From NCBI GenBank assembly GCA_965215265.1, contig OZ244048.1, positions 3,936,001-4,000,000 of the forward strand: a stretch of 64,000 nt of DNA. The letters run 5' to 3'. Every line of letters starts with the position of its first letter. Positions within the stretch are counted from its first letter, which is position 1. The position numbers were made by a program, and so were the translations under genes. This document shows positions 1 to 10,869 of the stretch, piece by piece. Source of the DNA: Candidatus Poribacteria bacterium (GTDB taxonomy: Bacteria; Poribacteria; WGA-4E; WGA-3G). Under the pieces are notes generated by a model, which saw only the letters and a list, made by a program, of their open reading frames with translations, made no database searches and was not told the DNA's origin.

Positions 1-1
1 T

Positions 2-739
2 GTCGGTATCCCGGGTCAACGCATAGGCGCGAAACAAGCAAGCTTTATTGTCGTATACGACATTGAAGCACCCTTCGTTGTCTCGCTGTGCAACCGGCTC
101 AAGATAATCTGAGTCGTCCCAATGGATGCCGTCCGGTGAAGTAAGCAGGAAGATGTTGCGGTAACGCCTGCAGAACCCAATGGCCTTATACCGTTTCTGC
201 GGATGCGATTCTGCTTCATCCCGGAATACGCTCGCGCCGTGTAGGTCCCACACAATGTTGTTGTTCGGGTTGCCGTTGAACTCAAAAATACCGAGGTTCG
301 GTTTGGTCCAACTCAATCCGTCGTCGCTCTCTGCATAGCATGTCAGATCTCCGCGGTCATTCTCAACGAACTTCCGTCCGTATACATCGTGTGTCTGCGC
401 TCTGTAGGCTGATGGATTTCGATCCGGTCGGGGGACATAGAGCCCCGGGATTTCGTTTGCTTGAAACCGCCAATGCGGACCCATTCGGCACATATACCAC
501 ATCCGATACTTCCCAAATGCTGCATCGTACATCGTGGTTCCATAAAGATGTACACGCCTGGACTGATCTGGTCCGCCATGCTCCCAAGGATTATTGGGCT
601 CGGGTTTCAGGACGGAGGTCTCATGCTTGACAGCCGGATGCAGCGTGCGCCTCACGCCACGTTTGGAAGCAATTACGGTGTCATCAATAAATAGCTCTGT
701 GTTATTGTTGTCAAGTGTCTGAACAGTCTCTGAATTCAC
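2..739 (-). CDS. Putative glycoside hydrolase-like beta-propeller protein (partial, runs off left edge; not in ORF track)
   Basis: Manual translation from GTG at 739 (AGGAGA RBS upstream): MNSETVQTLDNNNTELFIDD...YRMWY...CYAESDDGLSWTKPNLG...LLTSPDGIHW..., open to the window edge, with two SxDGxxW Asp-box-like motifs. Confidence 0.75.
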   Translation of the reverse strand, partial: MNSETVQTLDNNNTELFIDDTVIASKRGVRRTLHPAVKHETSVLKPEPNNPWEHGGPDQSRRVHLYGTTMYDAAFGKYRMWYMCRMGPHWRFQANEIPGLYVPRPDRNPSAYRAQTHDVYGRKFVENDRGDLTCYAESDDGLSWTKPNLGIFEFNGNPNNNIVWDLHGASVFRDEAESHPQKRYKAIGFCRRYRNIFLLTSPDGIHWDDSDYLEPVAQRDNEGCFNVVYDNKACLFRAYALTRDTD

Positions 740-1020
740 TCTGTTTTTCTCCTCTGCATTACGGACAGACAAGATTTATCTGTTCTCAGAATAAGCCGAT
801 ACTCGGAATTGATCTTTCGAAGAATATTAAATTTCTTCTCTTTGGTTACCTTAGTTACCTTCTACTGTTTCTACCGGTCTCAGCAAAAACACATTGCGAT
901 CTGGAAGAATATGCAAGAATTGCGTCGTGGCGGGGTTTTCCTGCGCTTACCATTCTCCTTTCTCGTTTTATTCGCGCCATTTCTGTCTGTTGTATCTTTC
1001 AGATTAAACGTGAGGTGCTT

Positions 1021-2769
1021 TCAATCTCCTGCCCACAATCGCTGCATCTCTTCCGAGGAAGCGAGCAATTCATCAAGCGTCCCGACGCTCTCAACGCGTC
1101 CGTCCTTCAGCACAACGATCTGATCTGCCCGTCGGAGTGCAGGTCTTCGGTGAGAAACGACGAGGCATGTTGCACGCCTTGTCTCAAAGAGACGTTCCCA
1201 CAAGAGGCGTTCCGTCTCCACATCAAGCCCTGCCGAGAGATCGTCAAAGACGAGGAGCTCTGCATCGCGGATAAACATGCGTGCTGCTGCTGTGCGTTGC
1301 ATCTGTCCACCGGACAACCGCACGCCGCGTGGTCCGACAACGGTTTTCAGCCCGGCTTCAAGTGTCGGAACATCTACCTCCATCACACCGAGCCGAATTG
1401 CTCGATCTAAGTTATCCCTTCTCTCTGGCAAGCCCATGAGTATGTTATCTCTCAGCGTTTCACTAAAGAGTTTCGGTGTTTGCGGGGTATACGCACAACG
1501 CGGCGGAATGAAAAATGACTTCGGATCCGCGACGATTTTGCCGTTCCACCGGATGTCACCGGCTTGTTTCAGGAGAACGCCCAAAAACGTTCGCAATAGT
1601 GTGGTTTTGCCTGCTCCAATCCGGCCCGTCACAACAGTGAAAGAACCTGCCGGAATTTGTAAGTCAACCTCCGAAATGCCCGTCGAATCGCCATCGTAAA
1701 GGTAGGTCAATCCGGTAATACTCAGGTTATCCAGCCGGTCAGTTCCAGCTTTTCGTGGAATAGCGAGGGGCGGCTGCTTGCCACGCAGATACACCGGTAC
1801 GTGTTTGACCAGGTCCGCCTCTGACATCTCATCAACGGTTTGTGCCATGCGGTTAAACGAAACCTCTGCACGCTTGTGCTGTGCCATGACAGAACCGATT
1901 AGGGAACCACTTATCGCAACTTCGCCGATATAGGTAGTAAACAGCGCGAAATCGCCGACTGAAAAGACACCGGATTTCATCTGTTCAGCAATCAAGATTA
2001 GAATCGCACCGGTGGCGATATGGCTGATGTTGAAACCGATTGACCTCAGCACCTGATTAAACAGATTATCGATCAGGGTTGTTTTGCGTCTTGCATCGTT
2101 CAAGTCCTGAAAATGTGAGATGACGTTGGACTCCGCTCGCGCAACCTTCACCGCTAGAACGGATTGGAACAGCTCGTTAATGAAGTTTGTTGAACGTTCC
2201 GTAGCAATCCGCTGTGCGCTCCGATACCTGCGAATGTAACGTCTTAAGACATTGACAACTGTGATAATCAGGATGGACGGTACGACTGTGATAAGCGTCA
2301 CCCCTACGTCAATTCGGGCCATCCAGATAATCGCTAAGATGGCAAAAATGAGATTGCCCCACAAGTGAATGTACTGCTCCAGATAACTGATAATTGTTTG
2401 CACATCATCGCGGAAGCGGTTGGTCACTTCACCAGAAGCAGTGGACACGCGATGTGGCTGGGACATGTCCATAATCGCTGTCATGAGATTTTTACGGAGC
2501 AGTGTGGAAACAGTGTAACGCCAGCGTGCCCAGACGAAGGCTGAAGAGATAAGCACACTGCGATCCCCGAACTCTGCAACAATGAAGAAGGCGACAAACG
2601 TCCACGGATTGAGCCCTGCGGATTCACCTGTGAGGGCATCAAAAAAGCCCTTCATAATCAACCCAGTCACGAATGGCATGAGATCATCCAGGCCCCGGAA
2701 AAGAATCGTCGCGAGGAAAAGGAACGGCCGATAACGGACTAATTGTATAGACGCTTGCCCGGTTGTCAT
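1021..2769 (-). CDS. ABC exporter, fused permease/ATPase (heterodimer subunit with degenerate Walker B)
   Basis: N-terminal TM helices, Walker A GRIGAGKT, signature LSGGQ, Walker B LLVFDD; overlaps the upstream partner by 4 bp. Confidence 0.92.
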   Translation of the reverse strand: MTTGQASIQLVRYRPFLFLATILFRGLDDLMPFVTGLIMKGFFDALTGESAGLNPWTFVAFFIVAEFGDRSVLISSAFVWARWRYTVSTLLRKNLMTAIMDMSQPHRVSTASGEVTNRFRDDVQTIISYLEQYIHLWGNLIFAILAIIWMARIDVGVTLITVVPSILIITVVNVLRRYIRRYRSAQRIATERSTNFINELFQSVLAVKVARAESNVISHFQDLNDARRKTTLIDNLFNQVLRSIGFNISHIATGAILILIAEQMKSGVFSVGDFALFTTYIGEVAISGSLIGSVMAQHKRAEVSFNRMAQTVDEMSEADLVKHVPVYLRGKQPPLAIPRKAGTDRLDNLSITGLTYLYDGDSTGISEVDLQIPAGSFTVVTGRIGAGKTTLLRTFLGVLLKQAGDIRWNGKIVADPKSFFIPPRCAYTPQTPKLFSETLRDNILMGLPERRDNLDRAIRLGVMEVDVPTLEAGLKTVVGPRGVRLSGGQMQRTAAARMFIRDAELLVFDDLSAGLDVETERLLWERLFETRRATCLVVSHRRPALRRADQIVVLKDGRVESVGTLDELLASSEEMQRLWAGD

Positions 2770-4514
2770 TTAATCATATCCTCCAACCCTGTTTTTAAGA
2801 GTTGCGAGAAAACCGAATTCGGGTCGCTTACCAGCTGCTTTCGTTCGCCCTGTTCCCGAATTTCACCTTCGGCGAGAATCATAATCTCGTCTACTTGTTG
2901 TACTGTGCCTAACCGGTGTGCGATAATGATGCTGGTTCGTCCTGCCAATAATCGCTGCACCGCCCGCTCGATGCGCTGTTCCGTCGCCGGATCCAGTCGA
3001 GAAGAAGGTTCATCAAGAATCACCACACTTGGCCCTTTGAGAAAAACCCGCGCAAACGCCAGCAGCTGCGCCTCGCCCGCCGAAAGCCCCGCACCTTCTG
3101 AAGAAAGCACAGTATCCAAACCGTTCTGCAGAGAACTATACCAATCTGATAATTCAAGCTCCTCAATGACTGACAAGATCCTGTCATCCGGGACTTGCGG
3201 ATCAAAGAGCGTTAAGTTCTCACGAACGGTTGCATTAAAGAGTTGGACATCTTGTGTAACTAACCCGATTCGGCACCGCAGCTCTTCCAGACGAATCTTG
3301 TCAATCGGCTCACCGCCGACGCGAATCTCGCCGCTCTCTACCTCATACAACCGAAATAGCAGCCGAGTCATAGTTGTCTTGCCGCTGCCTGTCCGTCCCA
3401 GTAAGCCGAGCGATTTTCCCGGAGATAACTGAAATGAAACATTCTTCAATACAGGCTCGTCTTTCGTGTAACCAAATGTGACACCGTCAAATTCAATGCC
3501 AAGTGTCTCATACGCTGGAAGTCCCACTGTTCCATCATCAATACTTGAGGAAACATGATAGAGTTCTTCAATCCGTTTCATGCCTGCAGTTGCACGCTGG
3601 AGTTCGTTAATCTGCTGGCTGATCATAGATAGCGGGAACCGCAGCATTGCCGTGTAGTGCGAAACGAGATAGACGGTTCCGATTGTGAACACGTCTTCCC
3701 GAAACAGATAAATCCCCATCGCCAGTGCCAGTGCGGTCCCGAGGACAAATAGAACGCCGCTGATAGTTCGTAAAACCTCTCCGATCACATGCGCTTTTAT
3801 CGCCCGACCATAGACATCGCGATTTAACTCGTAGAACCGAGACATGGTATAGCCGATCCCACCGTTTGTACGCAGATCTTCAATACCTGTTAACCGTTCT
3901 TCAAGAAAGCCGAACAGTTTTGAGTAACCTTCACGTTCAGCAGTATACGTTGATACTGCAATGCTCCGGGTCAGATTGTATACCCAGAAAGCAACAAGTA
4001 CGAACAGCGTGAGCGCAATACCGATACGCCAATCTTCACGTGCAACCAAAATCAGCACACCCACCAAAAAGAAAAAATTACCCAATATCTGAAGTACAAA
4101 CTCAGAAAAAAAGTTCGAGAGGGCCGTCGTATCCCCGTCAATACGTTCTACCATCTCACCGGGGGTATGCTGATGGTGGAAGTCCATGTCAAGGTTTAGG
4201 CAGTGATGGGCAAGGTCGCCCCGCATCCAATTCGTAGCATGCCAACCGATATCTTGCCCCAAGTAAGAACTAACCAACATGACTACCTGTCTTAACAGGC
4301 CGATTGCAAGGAAGAGCCCACCGGCGATAAGCAGGCTCCGTGTCGCCCCACCGGCTTTTGCAGTGTCAATGAAATAGCGAATAATTTGTGGGTTGAGCAG
4401 CCCCAAACCGATGCCGCTGAACATGAAGATAGCGAGCAGGAGCACCCGCAGCCATTGCGGTTTGAGGTACTGTAAGAGGAGTGCGGCATACTGCCTATAA
4501 GGGACTTTTTCCAA
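2766..4514 (-). CDS. ABC exporter, fused permease/ATPase (heterodimer partner)
   Basis: TM domain, Walker A GRTGSGKT, non-canonical signature LSAGE, Walker B VVILDE, H-loop IAHR. Confidence 0.92.
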   Translation of the reverse strand: MEKVPYRQYAALLLQYLKPQWLRVLLLAIFMFSGIGLGLLNPQIIRYFIDTAKAGGATRSLLIAGGLFLAIGLLRQVVMLVSSYLGQDIGWHATNWMRGDLAHHCLNLDMDFHHQHTPGEMVERIDGDTTALSNFFSEFVLQILGNFFFLVGVLILVAREDWRIGIALTLFVLVAFWVYNLTRSIAVSTYTAEREGYSKLFGFLEERLTGIEDLRTNGGIGYTMSRFYELNRDVYGRAIKAHVIGEVLRTISGVLFVLGTALALAMGIYLFREDVFTIGTVYLVSHYTAMLRFPLSMISQQINELQRATAGMKRIEELYHVSSSIDDGTVGLPAYETLGIEFDGVTFGYTKDEPVLKNVSFQLSPGKSLGLLGRTGSGKTTMTRLLFRLYEVESGEIRVGGEPIDKIRLEELRCRIGLVTQDVQLFNATVRENLTLFDPQVPDDRILSVIEELELSDWYSSLQNGLDTVLSSEGAGLSAGEAQLLAFARVFLKGPSVVILDEPSSRLDPATEQRIERAVQRLLAGRTSIIIAHRLGTVQQVDEIMILAEGEIREQGERKQLVSDPNSVFSQLLKTGLEDMIK

Positions 4515-4755
4515 ATTGGAGGCGATCCTTTTCGCTCTAATCAGACTTTTTGATTCCCAAAAAGATGCTATACTTTTTAAATTAAAAATATGGGCGGGCC
4601 CGAAAAATAAAGCATCTCGTCATGAAGCCTTATGATACAGTAAAAGGAAATTTACTGCAAGAAAAATTTCACAATTTCCGTTTAACGGTCCAAGCCATGA
4701 AACCCAACTATTATCCATATCCACAAACTGAGTCGAAGAACCCTCGCCCTCAAGG

Positions 4756-5538
4756 TTATTGTTCCGGACTTCTCTTGATTGCTGCCCACGTACTCGTCAA
4801 TTTGCCGGTGGCTTCAACCGGTAGCCCGACAGTCGCGAGTCTTTTGATGTCGTCAGCATTCAACGTCCGCTCATAAATCATCACCTCATCTATTAAACCC
4901 TTGAAATATCTAGCCCCACAACACTCATCCCATCCGAATTTCAAGTTATCGACCGTCTGCTCAATATGCGGAATGTCATTGACAGCTGAGTCAAGTTTGT
5001 CAGTCGCCTTATGATAAATGTAACTTGTCGCTTTATCGGGCCCAATCGCGATGGCAACCAATGCCCATTTATCTTCTGGAATTTCTGGTGCGCCAGCCCA
5101 GCCCCATGTATCTTCAGCGTTATTATTCCATACGTACGTCAACGTGTTAGTCGTGCTAACCCCCATCCAAAAAGCGTTCGTACCACGCCCGACAACAATC
5201 CCGGACCAGTCTATCGTTTTCCAGCCGTTGACACGGGCAACTGCCGTAATAGCATCTGTGGTTAATCCAAACTTATTATCTACGACGACATGTCCACCGC
5301 CACCGTCCACCTCAACAGCACCGTTTACCCAACCATCGTTACTCCATTTGGCACCTTTTGCTAACTCGGCATCGTGTCCGTTACCGGATTCGTCTTTCCC
5401 ATTACCGTCCAGCGGCCAGTATCCGACGAGTCCGTCCGTCAGTTCCGCTGAAAATACGTTTGTAACCAATGTAACCGATGTAACCGATAAACTAAACGCA
5501 AGTGCTAAAACTAAAAACACGCTTAATCTCTGTTTCAT
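4756..5538 (-). CDS. Secreted LamG/concanavalin A-like domain protein
   Basis: Signal peptide; GLVGYWPLDG..D.SGNGHD; FKGLIDEVMIYERTL; C-terminal LPVEATGKLTSTWAAIK; AAGGAG RBS. Confidence 0.88.
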   Translation of the reverse strand: MKQRLSVFLVLALAFSLSVTSVTLVTNVFSAELTDGLVGYWPLDGNGKDESGNGHDAELAKGAKWSNDGWVNGAVEVDGGGGHVVVDNKFGLTTDAITAVARVNGWKTIDWSGIVVGRGTNAFWMGVSTTNTLTYVWNNNAEDTWGWAGAPEIPEDKWALVAIAIGPDKATSYIYHKATDKLDSAVNDIPHIEQTVDNLKFGWDECCGARYFKGLIDEVMIYERTLNADDIKRLATVGLPVEATGKLTSTWAAIKRSPEQ

Positions 5539-5666
5539 CTTCTATCTCCTTCATTTTTCTGATTCAGATGACTGATTCTGTAAACCGACGGCTTCAATTT
5601 TCGTGCAGCCATTCTTATGATAAAGCCAAAAACCGTTTTGTGCAAGAGAAATCAGATAATAGACGC

Positions 5667-5694
5667 TTGACTTTTTTCTCTATTATGTTAAAAT
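5667..5694 (+). promoter_or_regulatory. Putative sigma70 promoter
   Basis: TTGACT-16-TAAAAT with extended -10 TG, upstream of the 5792 remnant. Confidence 0.45.
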
Positions 5695-5791
5695 AACTCT
5701 AAAGTTGGCATAAGATATTTGTGCGATTTTGCCCAGTCAGGTAGAAATCGCCCACATCTAAAACCGCGAACCCCGGCCCGGAGTTAACACG

Positions 5792-5941
5792 ATGCCCGAG
5801 CTCAATATCAAACCCTCTCATAAGCCCATTCAGGCATTTTATACCGAACTTGAAGAATACGCACAAGTCGGCACAGAAAGCGAAGGCCCGGTTCGACATA
5901 ACGTCGGCACGTCCTTTTTAGATTCGCAGCATTGCGTCTGA
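5792..5941 (+). pseudogene. Probable N-terminal stump of a Type ISP-like/N6-adenine R-M gene
   Basis: GGAG RBS then MPELNIKPSHKPIQAFYTELEEYAQVGTESEGPVR followed by unrelated sequence and a stop. Resembles, from memory, the 'L(N)xKPxHKxI..YY..L....E.AVR' N-terminus of such R-M proteins. Confidence 0.5.
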
Positions 5942-6100
5942 CTGTCGTGATTTACTCGTATTTGTTCGTTGCTATTTCTGTGGAGATGGTATATATTAAC
6001 CTTAGCACTTTTAGAACCGTAGATTTTGCCCAAGTTCAAGTTCCGGTAATGAATAGATTTGGCTTGTCTACAATTTGATCGGATACAGAAAGGAGATGCC

Positions 6101-7264
6101 ATGAAAATCAAAGCGGTTCGCGCCGTAGAAATTGAGCTTAACCCCAAACCGACGACACCGCCACGTGCACCGAGCCGGGCAAGCACATTTGGGTTGAACC
6201 GTCCCATAGACCGGTACCTAACCGACCAGACTCACGGACACGTTTCTTCTTCAGAATGGAAACGCCCCGCTTGCATTGTGACAGCAGAAGACGGAAGCTG
6301 GGGATTCGGGATTTCGTTGTACAGTGGTCCCGTCAACCGTATTATTAATGATCATTTTGCACCACGGCTCATCGGCCAAAATTGTATGGCGACTGAAAAG
6401 TTGTGGGACATGATGGTTCGCTCATCAGCAGCATTCGGTGCTACCGGTTTGACGAGCTACGCCATCAGCGCCGTGGATTGTGCCTTGTGGGATCTCAAAG
6501 GTAAAATTCTAGGCAGACCTGTCTACGAGCTCCTCGGCGGACCACAGAAAGATAAAATTTTCTGCTACGCCTCCGGTTTTGATCAGGAATGGTATATGGA
6601 ATTGGGCTTTAAAGCCACCAAACTATTCACACCGTACGGGCCAGAACAAGGCAAAGAAGGCTTGGGTAAACTTGAAGAACTCGTCGCCAGCACGCGAGAA
6701 GCCATCGGCCCTCAGGTTGACCTCATGTTGGATGCCTGGACAGGCTTTGATGTAGAGCATACGGTGCGCGTCTGCGAAACTATGAAGCCCTACCGTCTAA
6801 AGTGGATGGAAGATTACATCGCAGCAGATGACTTTGTCGGCTACGAGACAGTCCGGCAACGCCTCCCTTGGCAAACACTCGCAACGGGAGAACACTGGTA
6901 CCTACCCACCGTCTTCGCCGCAGCTGCCGGGCGAAGGTTAGTTGATATCTTCCAGCCGGATGTCTTATGGTGCGGCGGCATAACTGCAGCCGTCAAAATC
7001 TGTCACATTGCAGAGGCAAACAACATCTCCGTGATTACGCACGGCGGCATGAATTATCCGTACGGACAACATCTCGCGCTCGCGATGCCGGCAATCACAT
7101 GGGGTGAACGTTCCGAAGGGGTCTCCGCCCCAGGAGTACCGCTCGAAGAGATGGTGAAACTCCCCGGCACTGCTGTCATCAAAGACGGCTACGTGGCACC
7201 CTCTGATGCACCCGGTTTTGGACTCGAAATTGATGAGGCCTGGATAGAAAGTGTCAGCAGTTAA
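6101..7264 (+). CDS. Mandelate racemase/enolase superfamily acid-sugar dehydratase (L-rhamnonate dehydratase-like)
   Basis: AISAVDCALWDLKGK..G.PVYELLGG, LMLDAW, KWMED, ATGEHW, DIFQPDVLWCGG; ATG at 6101 with AGGAG RBS. Confidence 0.88.
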   Translation: MKIKAVRAVEIELNPKPTTPPRAPSRASTFGLNRPIDRYLTDQTHGHVSSSEWKRPACIVTAEDGSWGFGISLYSGPVNRIINDHFAPRLIGQNCMATEKLWDMMVRSSAAFGATGLTSYAISAVDCALWDLKGKILGRPVYELLGGPQKDKIFCYASGFDQEWYMELGFKATKLFTPYGPEQGKEGLGKLEELVASTREAIGPQVDLMLDAWTGFDVEHTVRVCETMKPYRLKWMEDYIAADDFVGYETVRQRLPWQTLATGEHWYLPTVFAAAAGRRLVDIFQPDVLWCGGITAAVKICHIAEANNISVITHGGMNYPYGQHLALAMPAITWGERSEGVSAPGVPLEEMVKLPGTAVIKDGYVAPSDAPGFGLEIDEAWIESVSS

Positions 7265-7454
7265 ACTGCCCCGGCAAGTGTCAAAAAATCAGGCAGAACA
7301 CCATTATCAACCCAACCCCTTAAAAGTTTCAGAGATTCTTGAGATGGTTCTCTCTTTTTCAATCAGTCTGATGTCAATAGTTAGTACAGTTCAAACAATT
7401 GCATAAACGGCATCAAGCCGGAAGAATTTATTTTGATGCCAAGGAGAATAGAAA

Positions 7455-8225
7455 ATGACTCGTTTTACAGTCAGTTTAATCACTATATCTTTCCTATTTG
7501 CACAGCTGGGTAACGCTGAAATCGATCCGAAATCTATTGTAGGGGCATGGTTATTCGATGAAACCAACGGAAAAGTTGCCACGGACTCATCTGATAATGG
7601 AAACGATGGAAAACTTGTCGGCGGTGCAAAATGGGTGAAGGGTAAATTTGGCAACGCTATTGAGCTCAACGGCAAGGATGCATGGGTTACCGTTCCAGAG
7701 ATTGGGCCGCTTGAGGAGTTTACGCTCGTCAAATGGTTTAATTCAACAGGCAGGGTTAACCAATGGAGATGCTTCTTCAATCGAGATGGCTGGGCCTCCG
7801 GGTTTGTCCACTATCAATTTCGTCCGGACAACAAAATGGAGATGGCTATCCACTCTAACAATCCGGTGCGACACCCGGGCTGGACAGATTCCCCTTTTAC
7901 AGCAGACAAGGCTATCTTGAATAAATGGTACCATTTGGCTGTCGCGTATAGTAGCACCGAAGAATCAGTGCGTGTCTATTTCAATGGCGAATTAGATGCA
8001 GAGGGCAAATGGGGCCCACTGCCCGGAGTTTTTGGCCCCGGACGTATCGGCTCATGGGATGGCGGCGGTAGAGAGTGGGAGGGGCTGTTTGATGAAATGA
8101 TACTCTTTGATGTCACGCTAGAAGAAGCCGATATTCAGATGCTCATGGACAACGGTTTAGCCTTGACACTCGCTGTCGAGCCAACGGATAAACTTTCAAC
8201 AATGTGGGGAGAAATTAAGGAATGA
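7455..8225 (+). CDS. Secreted LamG/concanavalin A-like domain protein
   Basis: Signal peptide; IVGAWLFDE...DSSDNGNDG..GKFGNA; WYHLAV; GLFDEMILFD; C-terminal LAVEPTDKLSTMWGEIKE. Confidence 0.9.
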   Translation: MTRFTVSLITISFLFAQLGNAEIDPKSIVGAWLFDETNGKVATDSSDNGNDGKLVGGAKWVKGKFGNAIELNGKDAWVTVPEIGPLEEFTLVKWFNSTGRVNQWRCFFNRDGWASGFVHYQFRPDNKMEMAIHSNNPVRHPGWTDSPFTADKAILNKWYHLAVAYSSTEESVRVYFNGELDAEGKWGPLPGVFGPGRIGSWDGGGREWEGLFDEMILFDVTLEEADIQMLMDNGLALTLAVEPTDKLSTMWGEIKE

Positions 8226-8235
8226 GTCGAGCGGT

Positions 8236-8919
8236 GAGACGCTTATCTCCGAAAATCATCCGGAATGGCATTCTCTGCGAACTGAAGGGCCAACACCAGG
8301 CGAACGGTTAGGCTTAACTGAGGTAGTCTTCGATCGTGAGTATTCTGTCCGCTATCACGCCCGTATGACAGGAAAGCTGCGCGATTACAGCAGCGTGTTG
8401 CGGGAGATATGTTCCTCTTCACAAATTGCACCGCCAGAGAAGGAAATCTCTTTGATGCAGACAGAGAGGTTGTTTGAGAAGGCAAGACCTTTTGAAAAAA
8501 TAGATCTGCAGGTTGTTGCAATGCTGCAAACCCTGAAGGCGCGAGACTACCGAATTGGGCTAATTTCAAATTGTGCTCATGATGAAATAGCGGCATGGAG
8601 TACCTCCTTGCTTTCGGTTTTGATCGATGTACCAATTTTTTCTTGTATAGAAGGGCTCACGAAACCAGAACCTGAAATTTACAAATTGGCATGTGATCGG
8701 TTAGACATCAGCAACGATGCTGCGGTTTTCGTCGGTGACGGTGGAAGTGATGAGTTAAGGGGAGCGGATGCAGTTGGGTTGAAAGTTATTTGGGCGACTT
8801 GGTTCATTGAGACGTGGCCTTGGGATTGGGTTGGAAATATAGTAGGAACATCAAGCGCATTTCCTCGATGCCGAAGCATTCCACATCTACCTACTCTGGT
8901 TGATGCCTTGTTTGTCTAA
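8236..8919 (+). pseudogene. HAD-superfamily hydrolase, 5'-truncated
   Basis: Motifs LISN, KP.PEIY and FVGDGGSDEL present. The frame extends upstream to ETLISE at 8236, but there is no start codon there and no motif I (DxD/DLF); the LamG stop lies 10 bp upstream. Confidence 0.65.
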
Positions 8920-9010
8920 CAGATAATCATACCGCCTTAAAAGACTTGTAGGCACGCTTTGTAAGTACTCCGTCATTATTTTCACGAAATATAGGTGGAA
9001 GTGTCGTGAC

Positions 9011-9708
9011 ATGAACAATAGAATGGATTTTAAGTACAAAGATGTAGTTCCGTGGGGAAGATCTTTTGATGAATATTGCGATATGTTTGCCCTGTCTGAG
9101 GCTGAACTTTCCCGGAGAATCGCCGGTGTCGGAGACGGTCCCGCATCCTTCAATGCCCGTATGTACCAGCACGGGACACCGATAATCTCCATAGATCCGG
9201 TTTACCAATATTCTGTTGCAGCACTGCGCGAACGTATTAAGGAGACCTACGATGATGTCATCGCGCAATCGCGTAATAATCAGGATAAATTCGTCTGGTC
9301 CAACATCTCTTCTGTAGACGAACTAGCACAAATCAGAATGCAGGCAATGGAGGAGTTTTGCCAAGACTTTGAGCTAGGCAAGAAACAAGGCAGATATTTA
9401 AACGCGGCATTGCCGAATTTACCTTTTTCCGCGAAATGCTTTGACCTTGTGCTCTCAGGGCATTTTCTCTTTTTTACTCGGCGAACAGAAACCTCGCGTT
9501 TCATCTTCAATCTATACGGGAGCTCCTTCGGATAGGCAGAGAGGTTAGAATCTTCCCTATTGTTGACGTAAACAGCAGGCATTCACCATTCTTATCACCT
9601 GTTCTTGAGGCACTTGAAAAAGATAGGGTTACCTGTTCCATAGAACGGGTTCCGTATCACTTCCAGAAGACAGGGAATGAGATGCTAAAATTGAACGGTG
9701 GAAACTAG
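9011..9708 (+). pseudogene. SAM-dependent methyltransferase, frameshifted
   Basis: VVPWGRSFDEY..MF, GDGPASFN, LPNLPF...FDLVLSGHFLF. The C-terminal part (YS..NLAFHLQSIRELLR..REVRIFP...VPYHFQKTGNEML) continues in another frame after the T-run at ~9470-9475. Confidence 0.75.
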
Positions 9709-9784
9709 CTGCAGCGGCATCGCAGTAACGTTGGGACACAGTTTCAGGCTGAATAGATCGGGAAACCGCCAGAAGAAAAGTATC

Positions 9785-10732
9785 ATGCATATCGATTTCA
9801 TTGAAGCGCTCTCAACCGATAATATGCCCGCGATAAAAAAGGCACCGAAAGCGGACCTTCACTGCCACGCCTTTTTTAGTACACGATTAGAAAATGTAGA
9901 ACGTTGGTTAGGGCACCCCCTAACAAAACCGCCTCTCAAGATGGCAGGACTTGAGGGGATGATGGAATACGCAGACAAAATTTTAGCACCGCACATAAAA
10001 CACCAACAAGGCTTCGAGTTTGTCGCTGTGTCAGCGGTAAACGATGCGATGCAGGATAACGTTGTTAGGCTTGAGATGAGCTTTGACATTCGGTTGGCAG
10101 GATTCTATTCTGGCGGGTTAGCGGAACTTCGTGCTTTTATTCAGATGTTGGTTGAGCAGTTTCGTCCCCACATCGCGCTGCATCCAGAATTAGGCTTTTC
10201 GAGAGGGGATGCGTATAATCCCAAACTGATTAAACTGGCGCACGAAGCGTTAGAATCGGGGCTCTTTCAGTCAATCGATTTATATAGCCGTCAAGAGTTG
10301 TGCCCACCTGAGGTGATGAAACCGTTATATACAAAGGCACGCACCGCAGGCATGAAACTAAAAGCACATGTCGGGGAATTTGGCGGAGCAGAAGAAATCC
10401 GGCGAACCGTAGAAGTCCTTGAATTGGATGAAGTGCAACACGGCATTGGTGCCGCCGAATCAATTGAAGTGATGCAATGGCTTGCGAAACATCAGATTCA
10501 ATTGAATGTATGTCCAACGAGCAACGTGATGTTGGATGCCGTATCAGAACTTGTTTCTCACCCCATCCGCATTTTGTTTCATAACGGCGTGCCGGTGACC
10601 GTGAATACCGACGATCTGATGATATTCGGGCAGAGCGTCTCTGAAGAGTATCGGAATCTGTATCAAGCCGGGGTCTTCAGTGCTGAGGAATTAGAAACAA
10701 TTCGACAACGTTCGCTCCTCACTTGCAAATAA
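9785..10732 (+). CDS. Adenosine/adenine deaminase family protein
   Basis: PKADLHCH, KAHVGE, HGI, CPTSN, VTVNTDD motifs; probable start ATG 9785. Confidence 0.88.
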   Translation: MHIDFIEALSTDNMPAIKKAPKADLHCHAFFSTRLENVERWLGHPLTKPPLKMAGLEGMMEYADKILAPHIKHQQGFEFVAVSAVNDAMQDNVVRLEMSFDIRLAGFYSGGLAELRAFIQMLVEQFRPHIALHPELGFSRGDAYNPKLIKLAHEALESGLFQSIDLYSRQELCPPEVMKPLYTKARTAGMKLKAHVGEFGGAEEIRRTVEVLELDEVQHGIGAAESIEVMQWLAKHQIQLNVCPTSNVMLDAVSELVSHPIRILFHNGVPVTVNTDDLMIFGQSVSEEYRNLYQAGVFSAEELETIRQRSLLTCK

Positions 10733-10869
10733 ACAGCATCATCTCTGCTCCAGCAATTCTCTTGCTATTTTCCAAACAATACGGTATAGTACTATTTATC
10801 TTATAAATTTTCTTTGTAAGCGCACCTTCATAAAAAATAAGAAAGAAACAGTAACAGGAAAAACACATC

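Noticed and set aside
715-1410. Long plus-strand ORFs at 715..1410 and 2743..3432, and similar antisense ORFs elsewhere
   Set aside because: Shadow frames opposite well-supported genes, with no recognisable motifs.
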